Below are positions 1 through 8,157 of a DNA stretch of 64,000 nt, in pieces (the stretch's first letter is position 1; the number at the start of each line of letters is the position of its first letter). The position numbers were made by a program, and so were the translations under genes. The notes under the pieces are model-generated. The model was not told the DNA's origin and made no database searches. It saw only the letters and a program-made list of their open reading frames with translations. Source of the stretch: Planctomycetota bacterium (GTDB taxonomy: Bacteria; Planctomycetota; MHYJ01; WSZJ01; JACPWG01); contig JACPWG010000133.1 in NCBI GenBank assembly GCA_016197205.1, forward strand, positions 2,777 to 66,776, read 5' to 3'.

Positions 1-847
1 GCCCCCGCCGGCGAGCCTTCCGACCTTCCCGCCGGAACCGTACCCGCCCCTGCCCTCGCCCGGCGCCTTGCTTCCCCCCGCGCCGTCGCTCCCGCCCGCC
101 GCCGGCGCCCAGGGCGCGCCCGCGCGCCCCGCCGCGACGCATCCGAACAGCAGCCTGGCCGTGGCCGGCCTCGTCTTCGGCCTCCTCTCGCTGCTCCTCA
201 GTTGCTGCTTCCCCTTCGCAGTCCCCGGCGGCTTCGCGGCCGTCGTCCTCGGCGTCATGGGCCTCCGCGCCATCGCGCGGCCGCCGGCGGTGCTCCAGGG
301 GCGGGGCATGGCCATCGCCGGCATCGTGCTCGGGTTCCTGGGGATGCTCGCCGGCTCCGGGGCCGCCGTGCTCTTCGTGCTCGGCGTGCGCGACCGCCAC
401 CACCCCGGGCCCTTCCGCGTGCGACCGACTCCCCCCGTCGTGCGGGTCGTCCCTGCGAGGAGCGGGGTCGAGGACGCGATCTGCCGTTCCCATCTCCTCG
501 GCCTGTGGGCGCGGGTCAAGCTGGCGAAGCAACACCTCGGGCGGTACCCGGAGAGCCTGTCCGAGCTGTGCGCGGAAGGGGGGATCGCTCCGGCCGAGCT
601 CTTGTGCCCGGCGGCCGGCGAGGGGGCCGCCGCGGGGGATCCGCCTTCGTCGTTCGTGTATGACGATCCGACCCACTCGGCGGTGGACCCCAGGCGGCTG
701 CCCGTCCTCTACGAGAGGGCGTTCCTGCACGACCCGGACTCGTCGGACCCCAACTGCGGCAAGCGGAAGTGCGTGCTTTTTTTTGACGGCCAGGTGCGCC
801 TGGTGGACGCCGCGGGCTGGGAGTCGATCGAGGAGGACAAGCACTGA
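1..847 (+). CDS. DUF4190-like membrane protein with pseudopilin/DUF1559-like C-terminal tail (5' end probably outside window)
   Basis: Frame of ORF 68-847 stays open to the window edge through Pro-rich codons. TM hairpins LAVAGLVFGLLSLLLSCCF and AIAGIVLGFLGMLAGSGAAVLFVL. Tail KCVLFFDGQVRLVD resembles the H-X9-DG pseudopilin end. Stop overlaps the next ATG (TGATG, 845-849). Confidence 0.6.
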   Translation, partial: PPPASLPTFPPEPYPPLPSPGALLPPAPSLPPAAGAQGAPARPAATHPNSSLAVAGLVFGLLSLLLSCCFPFAVPGGFAAVVLGVMGLRAIARPPAVLQGRGMAIAGIVLGFLGMLAGSGAAVLFVLGVRDRHHPGPFRVRPTPPVVRVVPARSGVEDAICRSHLLGLWARVKLAKQHLGRYPESLSELCAEGGIAPAELLCPAAGEGAAAGDPPSSFVYDDPTHSAVDPRRLPVLYERAFLHDPDSSDPNCGKRKCVLFFDGQVRLVDAAGWESIEEDKH

Positions 848-1467
848 TGCCTCTCTTCGATTTCTTCGCCCGCGCCGGTCGCGCGAAGGCCCCTCCCTCG
901 CTGGACGAAGTGCGGCGGGAGGCGGCGCGGCTGGACATCCGCGAGCACCAGTGCGTGGCCCGGATCGAGAAGCTGGAGCAGGAGAAGGAGGAGATCTTCG
1001 CCCGCGGCTCGAAGCTCAAGTCCCCGGTGCGTCGGAAGCAGCTTGCGCGGCTGTTCCGCCAGAAGAAGCTGCAGCTCGTCGACGCGGAGCGGGAGCACAT
1101 GCGGCTCTCGAAGGAGGCGATGACCCTCTCGGTCGTGCGCCGGGCGCTGGAGCGGCAGCGGGACGCGAAGGAGGGGGTGATGGGCCTCCTGTCGCGGGTG
1201 CGCGAGGAGGAGCTGGCGCGGCTCCTGGAGGACGACAAGATCACGACCGACCTCTACCTCGACAAGCTGAACCAGCTCGTCGGCGCCGCGGAGACCCCGC
1301 TGGACGACGTGTTGAAGGAGGTCGGGAAGGAAGGCATGGAGCTGATCGACATCTGGCAGCGCATGGACGAGGGGGAGATCGAGAGCGCGGAGGAGGGGAT
1401 CAAGCTGGCGGAGAAGGCGGTCAAGGAGAAGCGGGACCGCCGGCCGGAAAGCGAAGGGACGACGTAG
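847..1467 (+). CDS. Snf7/ESCRT-III-like (PspA/ESCRT-III superfamily) coiled-coil protein
   Basis: 206 aa, all-helical, with a basic N half and an acidic C half. Starts MPLFDFF; segment RKQLARLFRQKKLQLVDAEREH follows the Snf7 helix-2 pattern. High GC3. Start overlaps the upstream stop and the gene ends 3 nt before the next ATG. Confidence 0.6.
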   Translation: MPLFDFFARAGRAKAPPSLDEVRREAARLDIREHQCVARIEKLEQEKEEIFARGSKLKSPVRRKQLARLFRQKKLQLVDAEREHMRLSKEAMTLSVVRRALERQRDAKEGVMGLLSRVREEELARLLEDDKITTDLYLDKLNQLVGAAETPLDDVLKEVGKEGMELIDIWQRMDEGEIESAEEGIKLAEKAVKEKRDRRPESEGTT

Positions 1468-1470
1468 CCC

Positions 1471-2808
1471 ATGGACCTTCACGACCCGATCAAGCAGGCC
1501 CTGGCGCGGGCGAAGGAGCACGTCGACCGGCGCGAGCCGGCGAAGGCCGCGGCGGCGTACGAGAAGGCCGCGAACCTGATGGCCATCTACGCCGACCAGG
1601 CCATCGGGCGCGAGGCCGAGCTGCGCCGCAAAAAAAAGGTGCTTGAGTGGCGCGAGGTGGCCCGCCGGCTGCGGAGCGGAGAGGCCGCGCCGGAGCCGGG
1701 GGGGACGCCCGCGCGGTCGGCCGCCGCGAAATACCCGGCGCCGCGCCTCGCGTCCGCGCCCGGCTCGGCGGCGGGCGGGGGCTCGGCCGGGGAGCGCGAG
1801 CCGGCCGGCGGGGGCGGCGCGGGGGGCGAAGACGATCGGGACGACGACGCGGGCGCCGGGCCCGGCGCGACCCCGGGCGCGGGCGCGAATCCGGAGATCC
1901 GCGCGGCCGTCTCCCAGCTCATCACGTATTCGCCGCTGACCTGGGAAGACGTGGGCGGGCTCGACGAGACCAAGAACGGCATCAAGTACGCCCTCGGCAT
2001 CACCCTCGCCAAGCCCCCGGAGGGGCTGCTCCTGTCCGCTTGGACCCGCATCCTCTTTTACGGGCCGCCCGGCACGGGCAAGACGCTGCTCGCCGCCGCG
2101 ACGTCGAACGCGCTCCGCAACTCGGAGGGAGTCCCGGCCGTTTTCTTCAACGTGAAAGTCTCGTCAGTGCTGTCGAAGTACTTCGGCGAGTCGTCGAAGA
2201 TCGTCTCCGAGCTGTACGGCATGGCCCGGGATGCGTCCCCGTCCGTGATCTTCCTGGACGAGTTCGAGTCCCTGTGCGCGCGGCGCGACTCGGGCGACAC
2301 GGGCCCGGAGCGGCGCCTCCTCTCGACCCTCCTTTCCGAGCTGGACGGCCTGGAACAGAAAGGCCGGCGGGACATCTACGTCCTCACGATCGCCGCGACG
2401 AACCGCCCGTGGGACCTCGACCCCGCGATTCTCTCCCGCTTCGAAAAAAAGATCCTCATCCCGCTCCCCGACGCGGAGACGCGCCGGCGGATCCTGTTCC
2501 TGCACCTCTACAAGCGCGGCTTCCGCTCCTCGGCGAATCCCGAGATGCTGGTCCGCCTTACCGAAGGCATGAGCGGCCGGGAGATCGAGGGCTTCTGCAA
2601 GGAGGTCTCGAGCCGGATGGTGGCGGAGATGAACCGCGACCTCCCGCGCCTGGTGGACGCCGGCCTCGACGAAGTCCAGAAGTATCAGATCCGCGTCCGG
2701 GACCTCACCCCCGAGGACTTCGACCACGCCCGCGCCCGTATCCACCCCCAGACCACTCCCGAGGAGATGCGCAAGTACGTCGACTGGAGCGAGGCGCACA
2801 CGGGGTAG
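1471..2808 (+). CDS. MIT-domain AAA+ ATPase, Vps4/CdvC-like
   Basis: N-terminal three-helix MIT-like segment (aa 1-70), then an Ala/Gly/Pro linker. Walker A GPPGTGKT and Walker B IFLDEFE. Second region of homology ATNRPWDLDPAILSRFEKKILIPLPD is typical of the Vps4/spastin/katanin clade. C-terminal Vps4_C-like helix LTPEDFDHARARIHP...YVDW. Confidence 0.85.
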   Translation: MDLHDPIKQALARAKEHVDRREPAKAAAAYEKAANLMAIYADQAIGREAELRRKKKVLEWREVARRLRSGEAAPEPGGTPARSAAAKYPAPRLASAPGSAAGGGSAGEREPAGGGGAGGEDDRDDDAGAGPGATPGAGANPEIRAAVSQLITYSPLTWEDVGGLDETKNGIKYALGITLAKPPEGLLLSAWTRILFYGPPGTGKTLLAAATSNALRNSEGVPAVFFNVKVSSVLSKYFGESSKIVSELYGMARDASPSVIFLDEFESLCARRDSGDTGPERRLLSTLLSELDGLEQKGRRDIYVLTIAATNRPWDLDPAILSRFEKKILIPLPDAETRRRILFLHLYKRGFRSSANPEMLVRLTEGMSGREIEGFCKEVSSRMVAEMNRDLPRLVDAGLDEVQKYQIRVRDLTPEDFDHARARIHPQTTPEEMRKYVDWSEAHTG

Positions 2809-2828
2809 CGGCGACCGCGCAGGATCAA

Positions 2829-2861
2829 GAACCGAACCGCGACCGTAAGGGAGCGGTCTGA
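2829..2861 (+). repeat. REP-like unit GAACCGCGACCGTRAGGGAGCGGTCT
   Basis: The same roughly 30-nt motif recurs at 7950-7980, 9105-9142, 62450-62486 (reverse) and as a partial copy at 33945-33962. It contains the short stem GACCG/CGGTC. Three copies lie just after stop codons. Confidence 0.7.
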
Positions 2862-3025
2862 ATACCGCTCCACGGAAGTCGGTGACCAATAGCCGAAGGC
2901 AAGTTCGGCCGCCCGCGAGGCGCGCGAGCGAGGGGTAGTAACGGAGAACTCCGACGAGCGAGCGCAACGAAGCAGGCGGCCGAAATCGCCGAGGAAATTG
3001 GTCACCCAATGCTGTGGGGCGGTAC
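2862..3025 (+). repeat. R1 family 164-bp MITE-like element, copy a
   Basis: Near-identical copies at 33781-33944 and 58424-58587. About 29-bp imperfect terminal inverted repeats (GTACCGCTCCACGGAAGTCGGTGACCAAT vs ATTGGTCACCCAATTCTGTGGGGCGGTAC). No plausible ORF. Confidence 0.8.
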
Positions 3026-3083
3026 TAAGGGCCCGTCAAGAAACAACTCATGCCGTTCGGAAACCAGGGAGTTCCTCGGGAAA

Positions 3084-3234
3084 AGGCTCAAGGCTCAATG
3101 CTCAATTTTCAGACAATGCTCAAAGTTCAAGGCTCAGAGTCCGCAATCCCGTGCCCGGGCTGCGTTCCGTGGTGGTCATGGAGAATTGAACCTTGAGCCT
3201 TGTCTGAGTCTTGAAAACGGAGCATTGAGAATTC
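3084..3234. repeat. Long imperfect inverted repeat built from CTCAA-type short tandem words
   Basis: Left arm 3084-3139 is roughly the reverse complement of right arm 3181-3234, with a loop of about 41 nt. Locally AT-richer than the flanks. Confidence 0.6.
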
Positions 3235-3298
3235 ATGTCGCCCTCCTGCGCGTCAAAGGGGCGAGTTATTTTCTTACGGGCCCTACCCATCATCACTC

Positions 3299-3326
3299 TT
3301 GACAACCCGCCTCCATGTCGTAGGAT
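3299..3326 (+). promoter_or_regulatory. Sigma70-like promoter TTGACA-N16-TAGGAT
   Basis: TTGACAACCC -35 context is shared with the promoters at 41352, 39921 (minus) and 56378 (minus). The nearest downstream + gene starts at 3903. Confidence 0.45.
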
Positions 3327-3582
3327 AGCCGGGTGGACTTTCGCGACGCGAGAGCCTACTCTCTCTCCGGCAACGGCGGTCGCTCGAAGGCCGTGCTCCG
3401 GCGACGACGAGGCTGCGGAGCAGGACACGGGGGCCTTGCCGAAGCCATCCCCTTTTCAACGGTCGTGGGGCCCGGGCCGGCCGGCGCTCGGCGGGCGCGG
3501 TGGGTGCTGCTTGAGTAGCGCCCCACGGAGTGCGCGCGAACGGGTCCCCTCGGCGGCATAAGCCCGCGGCCCCTTTTCCCGC

Positions 3583-3837
3583 CAACAACCCGAACTGAGG
3601 CTAAACTCGACCGACGCCGGCAAATGGCTAGATGATGGCTCCGCGTCCCAGCTAGACGCGGGCGAAATTTGACTTTTTGCAATTTGAAATTCGACCCGGC
3701 CGCGTGGGGCGAATGCGAGACTCTTACACAGAGACGCGGAGACGCAGAGGCCGGGCGCTGAGTCCACCGTCCTCTACCGGCGAGGATCTCTGGCAACGCG
3801 CGGAGAGATCGGTTTTAGCTTCACTTCGGCTTGTTGT
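3583..3837 (+). repeat. R3 family ~255-bp dispersed repeat, copy a
   Basis: Aligns by eye along its whole length with 17063-17317. Ends are CAACAACCCGAA and TTCGGCTTGTTG (inverted). Contains an AT-rich core TTTTGCAATTTGAAATTCG. Confidence 0.75.
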
Positions 3838-3902
3838 CTCCCACCGCGTCCAGCGCCGTCCCCGGGACGCCCCACGCTCGCGGCTTCAGCCGCTCGAGGC
3901 AG

Positions 3903-5162
3903 ATGGCCGACAAGACCCTGCTCCTCTTGACCGATCGCACGTCCCTCGAACAGGAGGTCCGCCGCCTCCTCGCCGGGCAGCCGGGAACCGTCGTCCGGCG
4001 GGTCGGGACCGCGCTCTCCGCGCTCGAGGCCTTGCGCGGCTCCGCGATCGAGCTCGTGCTCGTGGATGCGGAGAGCGTGGGGCTGGAGGCCGTCCACCTC
4101 GGGCGCATGATGAAGTCCCCGGATGTCCCGTGGCTGAACGGGATCCCTGTCCTCCTGGTCGTGGAGCGCCAGCGCTCCGGGCTGCTCGGCCTCTGCCTTA
4201 CGGAGGCGAAATTCGACGGCGAGCTGCGCCTGCCGCTCGCGGCCGAGGAGCTGGCGGCGCGGCTGGCGGGGCCGCGCCGGCCGGTGAGCGGGCCGACCGC
4301 GGCCCAGTTCCGAGGACGGGTCCTCCTGGTCGAGGACGACGACGACACGGCCCTGACCTGGTCGCACGTCCTGGCGGGGGCCGGCTTCCGGCCTGCGCGC
4401 GCGGTGACGGGGGAGGAGGCGTTCGAAAAGATCCGCTCCGAGCGGCCGCACGTCCTCGTGGTCGACTACCGCCTCCCCGGCGGACAGGACGGCCTGTCGG
4501 TCGTTCGGTACGGACGCGAAGTGCTCCCGGCCGTCGGCATCATTGTCGTGACGGGCTTCGGCTCCGAGGAGCTCGTCGTGGAGATGATGCGCGCGGGCGT
4601 CGACGACTACATCCGCAAGCCTGTGGACATCCAGACGCTGCTCGCCGTTTGCGAGGGGGCGATGCGCCGCGGCATGTTGCGCGATCTGGCTTCCCGGCTC
4701 TTCCACCTCGAAAAGGAGATCCTCGCGGCGCACGAAGAGGTCGTGCGGACCGAGCGGCTCGCCGCCCTCGGCGAGCTCGCGCTCGCCGTGCGGCATCAAA
4801 TGAACAACGCGTTGACGGCCCTTCAAGGCAACCTCGAACTCCTCGTCCGCTGCCGGGAAGAGTTGGCGCCGCGCGCGCAGAAGCTGGCGGGGGCCGCGCA
4901 CGCCTCTTGCCAGCGCATGATCGAGGCCATGAAGCGGCTGGCCGACATCCGCGACGACCGCACGATCGAATACCTGGACGGACAGAAGATGACGGACCTG
5001 TCACTGTCCGGAGACGGGTCGGACCTCCCCCCCGCCTCGCCCCTCTTCGGCTCGCCGGCCGAGGCGCCGCCCGCAGCGGCTCCGCCCCAGGTCCCTCCCC
5101 TCGACACGCAACGACCGACCGGCGCGCCTCCGGGCGCCGCCCCCGCCGATCCCCACCCCTGA
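3903..5162 (+). CDS. Tandem response-regulator receiver domains fused to a HisKA/DHp-like domain, no HATPase domain
   Basis: ATG at 3903 (MADKTLLLL). Second REC is RVLLVEDDDD...VLVVDYRLPG...DDYIRKP. DHp-like helix ERLAALGELALAVRHQMNNALTAL. Pro-rich tail with no ATP-binding motifs. Confidence 0.8.
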   Translation: MADKTLLLLTDRTSLEQEVRRLLAGQPGTVVRRVGTALSALEALRGSAIELVLVDAESVGLEAVHLGRMMKSPDVPWLNGIPVLLVVERQRSGLLGLCLTEAKFDGELRLPLAAEELAARLAGPRRPVSGPTAAQFRGRVLLVEDDDDTALTWSHVLAGAGFRPARAVTGEEAFEKIRSERPHVLVVDYRLPGGQDGLSVVRYGREVLPAVGIIVVTGFGSEELVVEMMRAGVDDYIRKPVDIQTLLAVCEGAMRRGMLRDLASRLFHLEKEILAAHEEVVRTERLAALGELALAVRHQMNNALTALQGNLELLVRCREELAPRAQKLAGAAHASCQRMIEAMKRLADIRDDRTIEYLDGQKMTDLSLSGDGSDLPPASPLFGSPAEAPPAAAPPQVPPLDTQRPTGAPPGAAPADPHP

Positions 5163-5358
5163 CCTCCGCGGCCCGCCCGGCGGATTCCCCTCCAGTCACC
5201 CGCCCGGCTTGCCGATCTTCCGATGGAGCCCTCTCCGCGTCGTCCCGGAGAGCCAGGTCGCATTTGGGCATGGATCAAAGCCGGGTCACAGCTCGCCGTC
5301 GGCCGATCTCCGTAGGGGCACTACGTCGGCGGCGATTTGAACCATGCCCGCATTTTCC

Positions 5359-5388
5359 TTGACTTCCGTACCGGACGCTGGGTAGAGT
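5359..5388 (+). promoter_or_regulatory. Candidate promoter TTGACT-N18-TAGAGT
   Basis: Located 53 nt upstream of the 5441 ATG. An AGGAGG Shine-Dalgarno lies just before the ATG. Confidence 0.4.
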
Positions 5389-5440
5389 ACGCCCCCTTCG
5401 GGCCCCAAACGGTATGCGCCTCTAGTGGATAGGAGGGTCC

Positions 5441-6418
5441 ATGTTCCAGTTTCCCCGGTGGGCTTGGTCCACCGCGGCGCTCGCGTCCCTCTTCCTGGCC
5501 CCGTCACTTTTCGCCCAGGACGAAGCGCCCGACCGCATCGCCCAGGTCAATGACTTCTCCGGCGAGGTGAAGATCAAGAACGCCAAGACCGGCGAGCTCA
5601 AAGCCCTGGCCAAGGTGGGCTCCAAGATCAAGAACAGCGCCATCTACTCCGGCGACGAGGTGCTGACCGGCGCCGACGGCACCACGAGCATCCTCTTCCC
5701 GGACGGAAGCCTCCTGCGGGTCGACGCGCCCCAGAGCGACGTCGTGATCTCCGAGGGCGGACTCGACGAGAAGGCCCGCGTGGGCCGCGCCGCGGGCAAG
5801 ACCGTGGGCCGCAAGGTCAAGGTCCTCGCCGGCAAGATCTGGAGCGACGTGAAGCCCCAGACGTCGATCTTCACCGAATTCGAAACCCCGAGCGGCGTCG
5901 CCGCGGTGAAGGGCACGACGGTCGCCGTCAGCGTCACCGGCACGACCGCCGGCGTGCACGTGGACGGCGGTTCCGTGCTCTTCTTCAACACCGCGGTCAA
6001 CACGAATGCGACGCTGCTCTCCGGCCAGGAGATCTCCGTCAACTTCAATCCGGTGAGCGGACTCCTCAGCTTCAGCGTCGTCAACGACGCGGGCGCGCCC
6101 CTCAGCGTGGTGCTCCCCGGCGGCACCATCAACATGACGACGGGCGACGGGGTCGGCATCACCCTCAACGCGAACGGCACCTACGGCATCGCGGTGACCT
6201 CCGGGACGGTCGAAGTGACGCAGCAGGACGGCACGACCGGCACGTTCAACGCGGGCCAGTCCACGACCACGGGGACCGCCTCCGAGCAGCCCGGCGGGAC
6301 ACCCGGCTCAGACAGCGGCTCCACCCCCCCGAGCCAGGGGACGGGCGAGCCCGCCCCGGCCAAGGAACCGTCGACCCCGGCGGAGATCACGCCGAACGAC
6401 ACGAGCCCCGGCGGGTAA
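5441..6418 (+). CDS. Secreted FecR-domain protein
   Basis: Signal peptide AALASLFLAPSLFAQD. Segment GDEVLTGADGTTSILFPDGSLLRVD matches the FecR pattern. Low-complexity Thr/Gly/Pro tail. Confidence 0.7.
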   Translation: MFQFPRWAWSTAALASLFLAPSLFAQDEAPDRIAQVNDFSGEVKIKNAKTGELKALAKVGSKIKNSAIYSGDEVLTGADGTTSILFPDGSLLRVDAPQSDVVISEGGLDEKARVGRAAGKTVGRKVKVLAGKIWSDVKPQTSIFTEFETPSGVAAVKGTTVAVSVTGTTAGVHVDGGSVLFFNTAVNTNATLLSGQEISVNFNPVSGLLSFSVVNDAGAPLSVVLPGGTINMTTGDGVGITLNANGTYGIAVTSGTVEVTQQDGTTGTFNAGQSTTTGTASEQPGGTPGSDSGSTPPSQGTGEPAPAKEPSTPAEITPNDTSPGG

Positions 6419-6487
6419 ACCGCGCCTCCGCTCCGCCCAGGCTTCCGTGCATTGACCCGTCCCCGGTGACCCGGTTCGAGGCAAGAA

Positions 6488-7753
6488 GTGAAGATGGAAC
6501 GCTGGTTCGGCAAGGCCGCCCTGGCCCTCGCAGTCGCAGGGTCCCTCCTCGCAGCCCAACCCGGCAGGCTGCGCGCCGAGGACAGCCAGGACCGGCTCAT
6601 GAACCTGGGAAGCGACAAGTTCAAAATCCTTCCCACGTTCAATACCATGATCGAATACGACTCGAACATCGCACGCGCCCCGCGGGGGCGCACCGCCGAC
6701 ATGATCACCCACTTCAGCCCGGGCGTGTCCTTCACCTACGACCCGTCCCCCACCGTTTCCTGGGACGCGAACTACACGCTCCGCGGCAACGTCTTCGCCG
6801 ACAACGGCGACCAGGACTCGACCGAGCACTTCGCGGGTACCGATGCGCGCTGGAACCCGGGGCCGATGCACATCAACGTGGATGCACGCGTCGAGAAGAC
6901 CGAAAGCCCCATCGACCTCACGCGCTCCGTCGAGAACGTCGGCACCCAGTTCTCCGACCGGCTCTCCGTCGAGCAGTACTCGATGGGCATCGCCCTGGGC
7001 TTCGATCTCCACACCTTCGGCGTCGAGTTGGCCTACCACCGCGACCAGTTCAACGTCCTTCAGGGGGATTTCGCGGACTTCAACCACCACGTGGACACGT
7101 TCCTCGTCAACGGGACGTACCACCTGACCGCGAAGACCGACCTGATCGGCAACTTCACCTACTCGGACACGGAGTTTGAGCACGGCTTCAAAAACAACTA
7201 CACCGCCTGGGAGGCGACCGTGGGCGTGCGCGGCCAGGTGACCGAGAAGCTCCAGGTGCTGGCCCGCATCGGCACCCGTTCCGCCCAGTTCGATTTCGAC
7301 GAGGCCGGGGCCGTCGCGCAGAACCGCAGCCCGGACGACGAGGAGTTCTCCGACGTCGTCGCCGTGGGCTCGGCCAACTACCAGCTCACCGCGAAGGACA
7401 ACGTCGCCTTCACCTACCTCCGCGAGCAGATCAACTCGGTGCGCAGCAACTTCATCCTCGTCAACCGCGTCAGCCTCGACTGGAGCCACACCATCGACGA
7501 CAAGTGGTCCACGACCGCGGGCGGCTTCTACTCGAACGAAGACGAGTCCCTCGAGGACACCGTGCTCCTGGGACTTCCCTTTGAGGGCGCGGCCGACACG
7601 GAGAGCATCGGCCTCACCGCCGGCGCGTCCTACGCGTTCCGGAAGTGGTGGATCTTCGACCTCAACTACGCCTTCGAAGCGAAGTACTCGCGGGACAACA
7701 ATCGCCAGTTCGACGACAACCGGGTCATGGTCAGCACGACGGTCAACTTCTAG
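6488..7753 (+). CDS. Outer-membrane beta-barrel protein associated with the polysaccharide locus
   Basis: Signal peptide followed by alternating beta-strand pattern rich in Y/F/N/D/G. Ends in ...VSTTVNF (terminal Phe). GAGG lies 6 nt before the GTG start. Confidence 0.7.
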   Translation: MKMERWFGKAALALAVAGSLLAAQPGRLRAEDSQDRLMNLGSDKFKILPTFNTMIEYDSNIARAPRGRTADMITHFSPGVSFTYDPSPTVSWDANYTLRGNVFADNGDQDSTEHFAGTDARWNPGPMHINVDARVEKTESPIDLTRSVENVGTQFSDRLSVEQYSMGIALGFDLHTFGVELAYHRDQFNVLQGDFADFNHHVDTFLVNGTYHLTAKTDLIGNFTYSDTEFEHGFKNNYTAWEATVGVRGQVTEKLQVLARIGTRSAQFDFDEAGAVAQNRSPDDEEFSDVVAVGSANYQLTAKDNVAFTYLREQINSVRSNFILVNRVSLDWSHTIDDKWSTTAGGFYSNEDESLEDTVLLGLPFEGAADTESIGLTAGASYAFRKWWIFDLNYAFEAKYSRDNNRQFDDNRVMVSTTVNF

Positions 7754-7869
7754 CGTCCCCAGCGCTTCACCGGCGGCGACCCACACGAAACACCGCGGCC
7801 CGGGGGCGTCTCCCACGAGGAGGCGCCCCCGCGCCCGTTTTCGGGTCGGGGGCTGTCGGCGCAGCCGAT

Positions 7870-7980
7870 GGGAGCCACCGAAGAGACGAGCCACCGAAGA
7901 CGCCGAACACGCCGAAGGACGAAAAGAGCGCCAAGCGAGCGCAGGGCCAAACGGAACCGCGACCGTGAGGGAGCGGTCTC
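7870..7980 (+). repeat. Composite repeat (GAGCCACCGAAGAC...GGACGAAA module plus REP unit)
   Basis: The same two modules occur in reverse orientation at 62450-62542. A partial first module is at 58630-58680. Confidence 0.65.
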
Positions 7981-8157
7981 AGCGTGTCCGACGTCTCCGT
8001 CGGGTTCACTCCTGCTTGCGGTCGGCGAAGAACGGGCCACGACTTTCCGCCTGTTTCGCGAATCAGGCTCCGAGAATTCGTTCCCCCAAGACACGCCCTT
8101 CGGCCTCTGAGGCGCCGGCCAACGACCATTTCGCAAATTCGCAAGGGGTATCCTCGC

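Noticed and set aside
3327-3582. Known structured RNA (RNase P, tmRNA, 6S, SRP, riboswitch) downstream of the orphan promoter
   Set aside because: I looked on either strand in the correct order for the GAAAGTCCGG / ACAGAACCCGGCTTA pair, a tRNA-like end with T-arm, the SRP GGAA-tetraloop motif, the B12 box and ZTP/ykkC/GEMM cores. None is present. Isolated matches (CTGCTTGAG, and GAAAGTCC on the opposite strand) are inconsistent with one another.
3677-3767. Conserved small protein MQFEIR.GRVGRMRDSYTETRRRRGRA encoded in both R3 copies (also 17157-17247)
   Set aside because: Conservation is explained by the nucleotide repeat itself. The start is a TTG with no Shine-Dalgarno, the composition is Arg-rich, and differences between copies are not biased to third codon positions.
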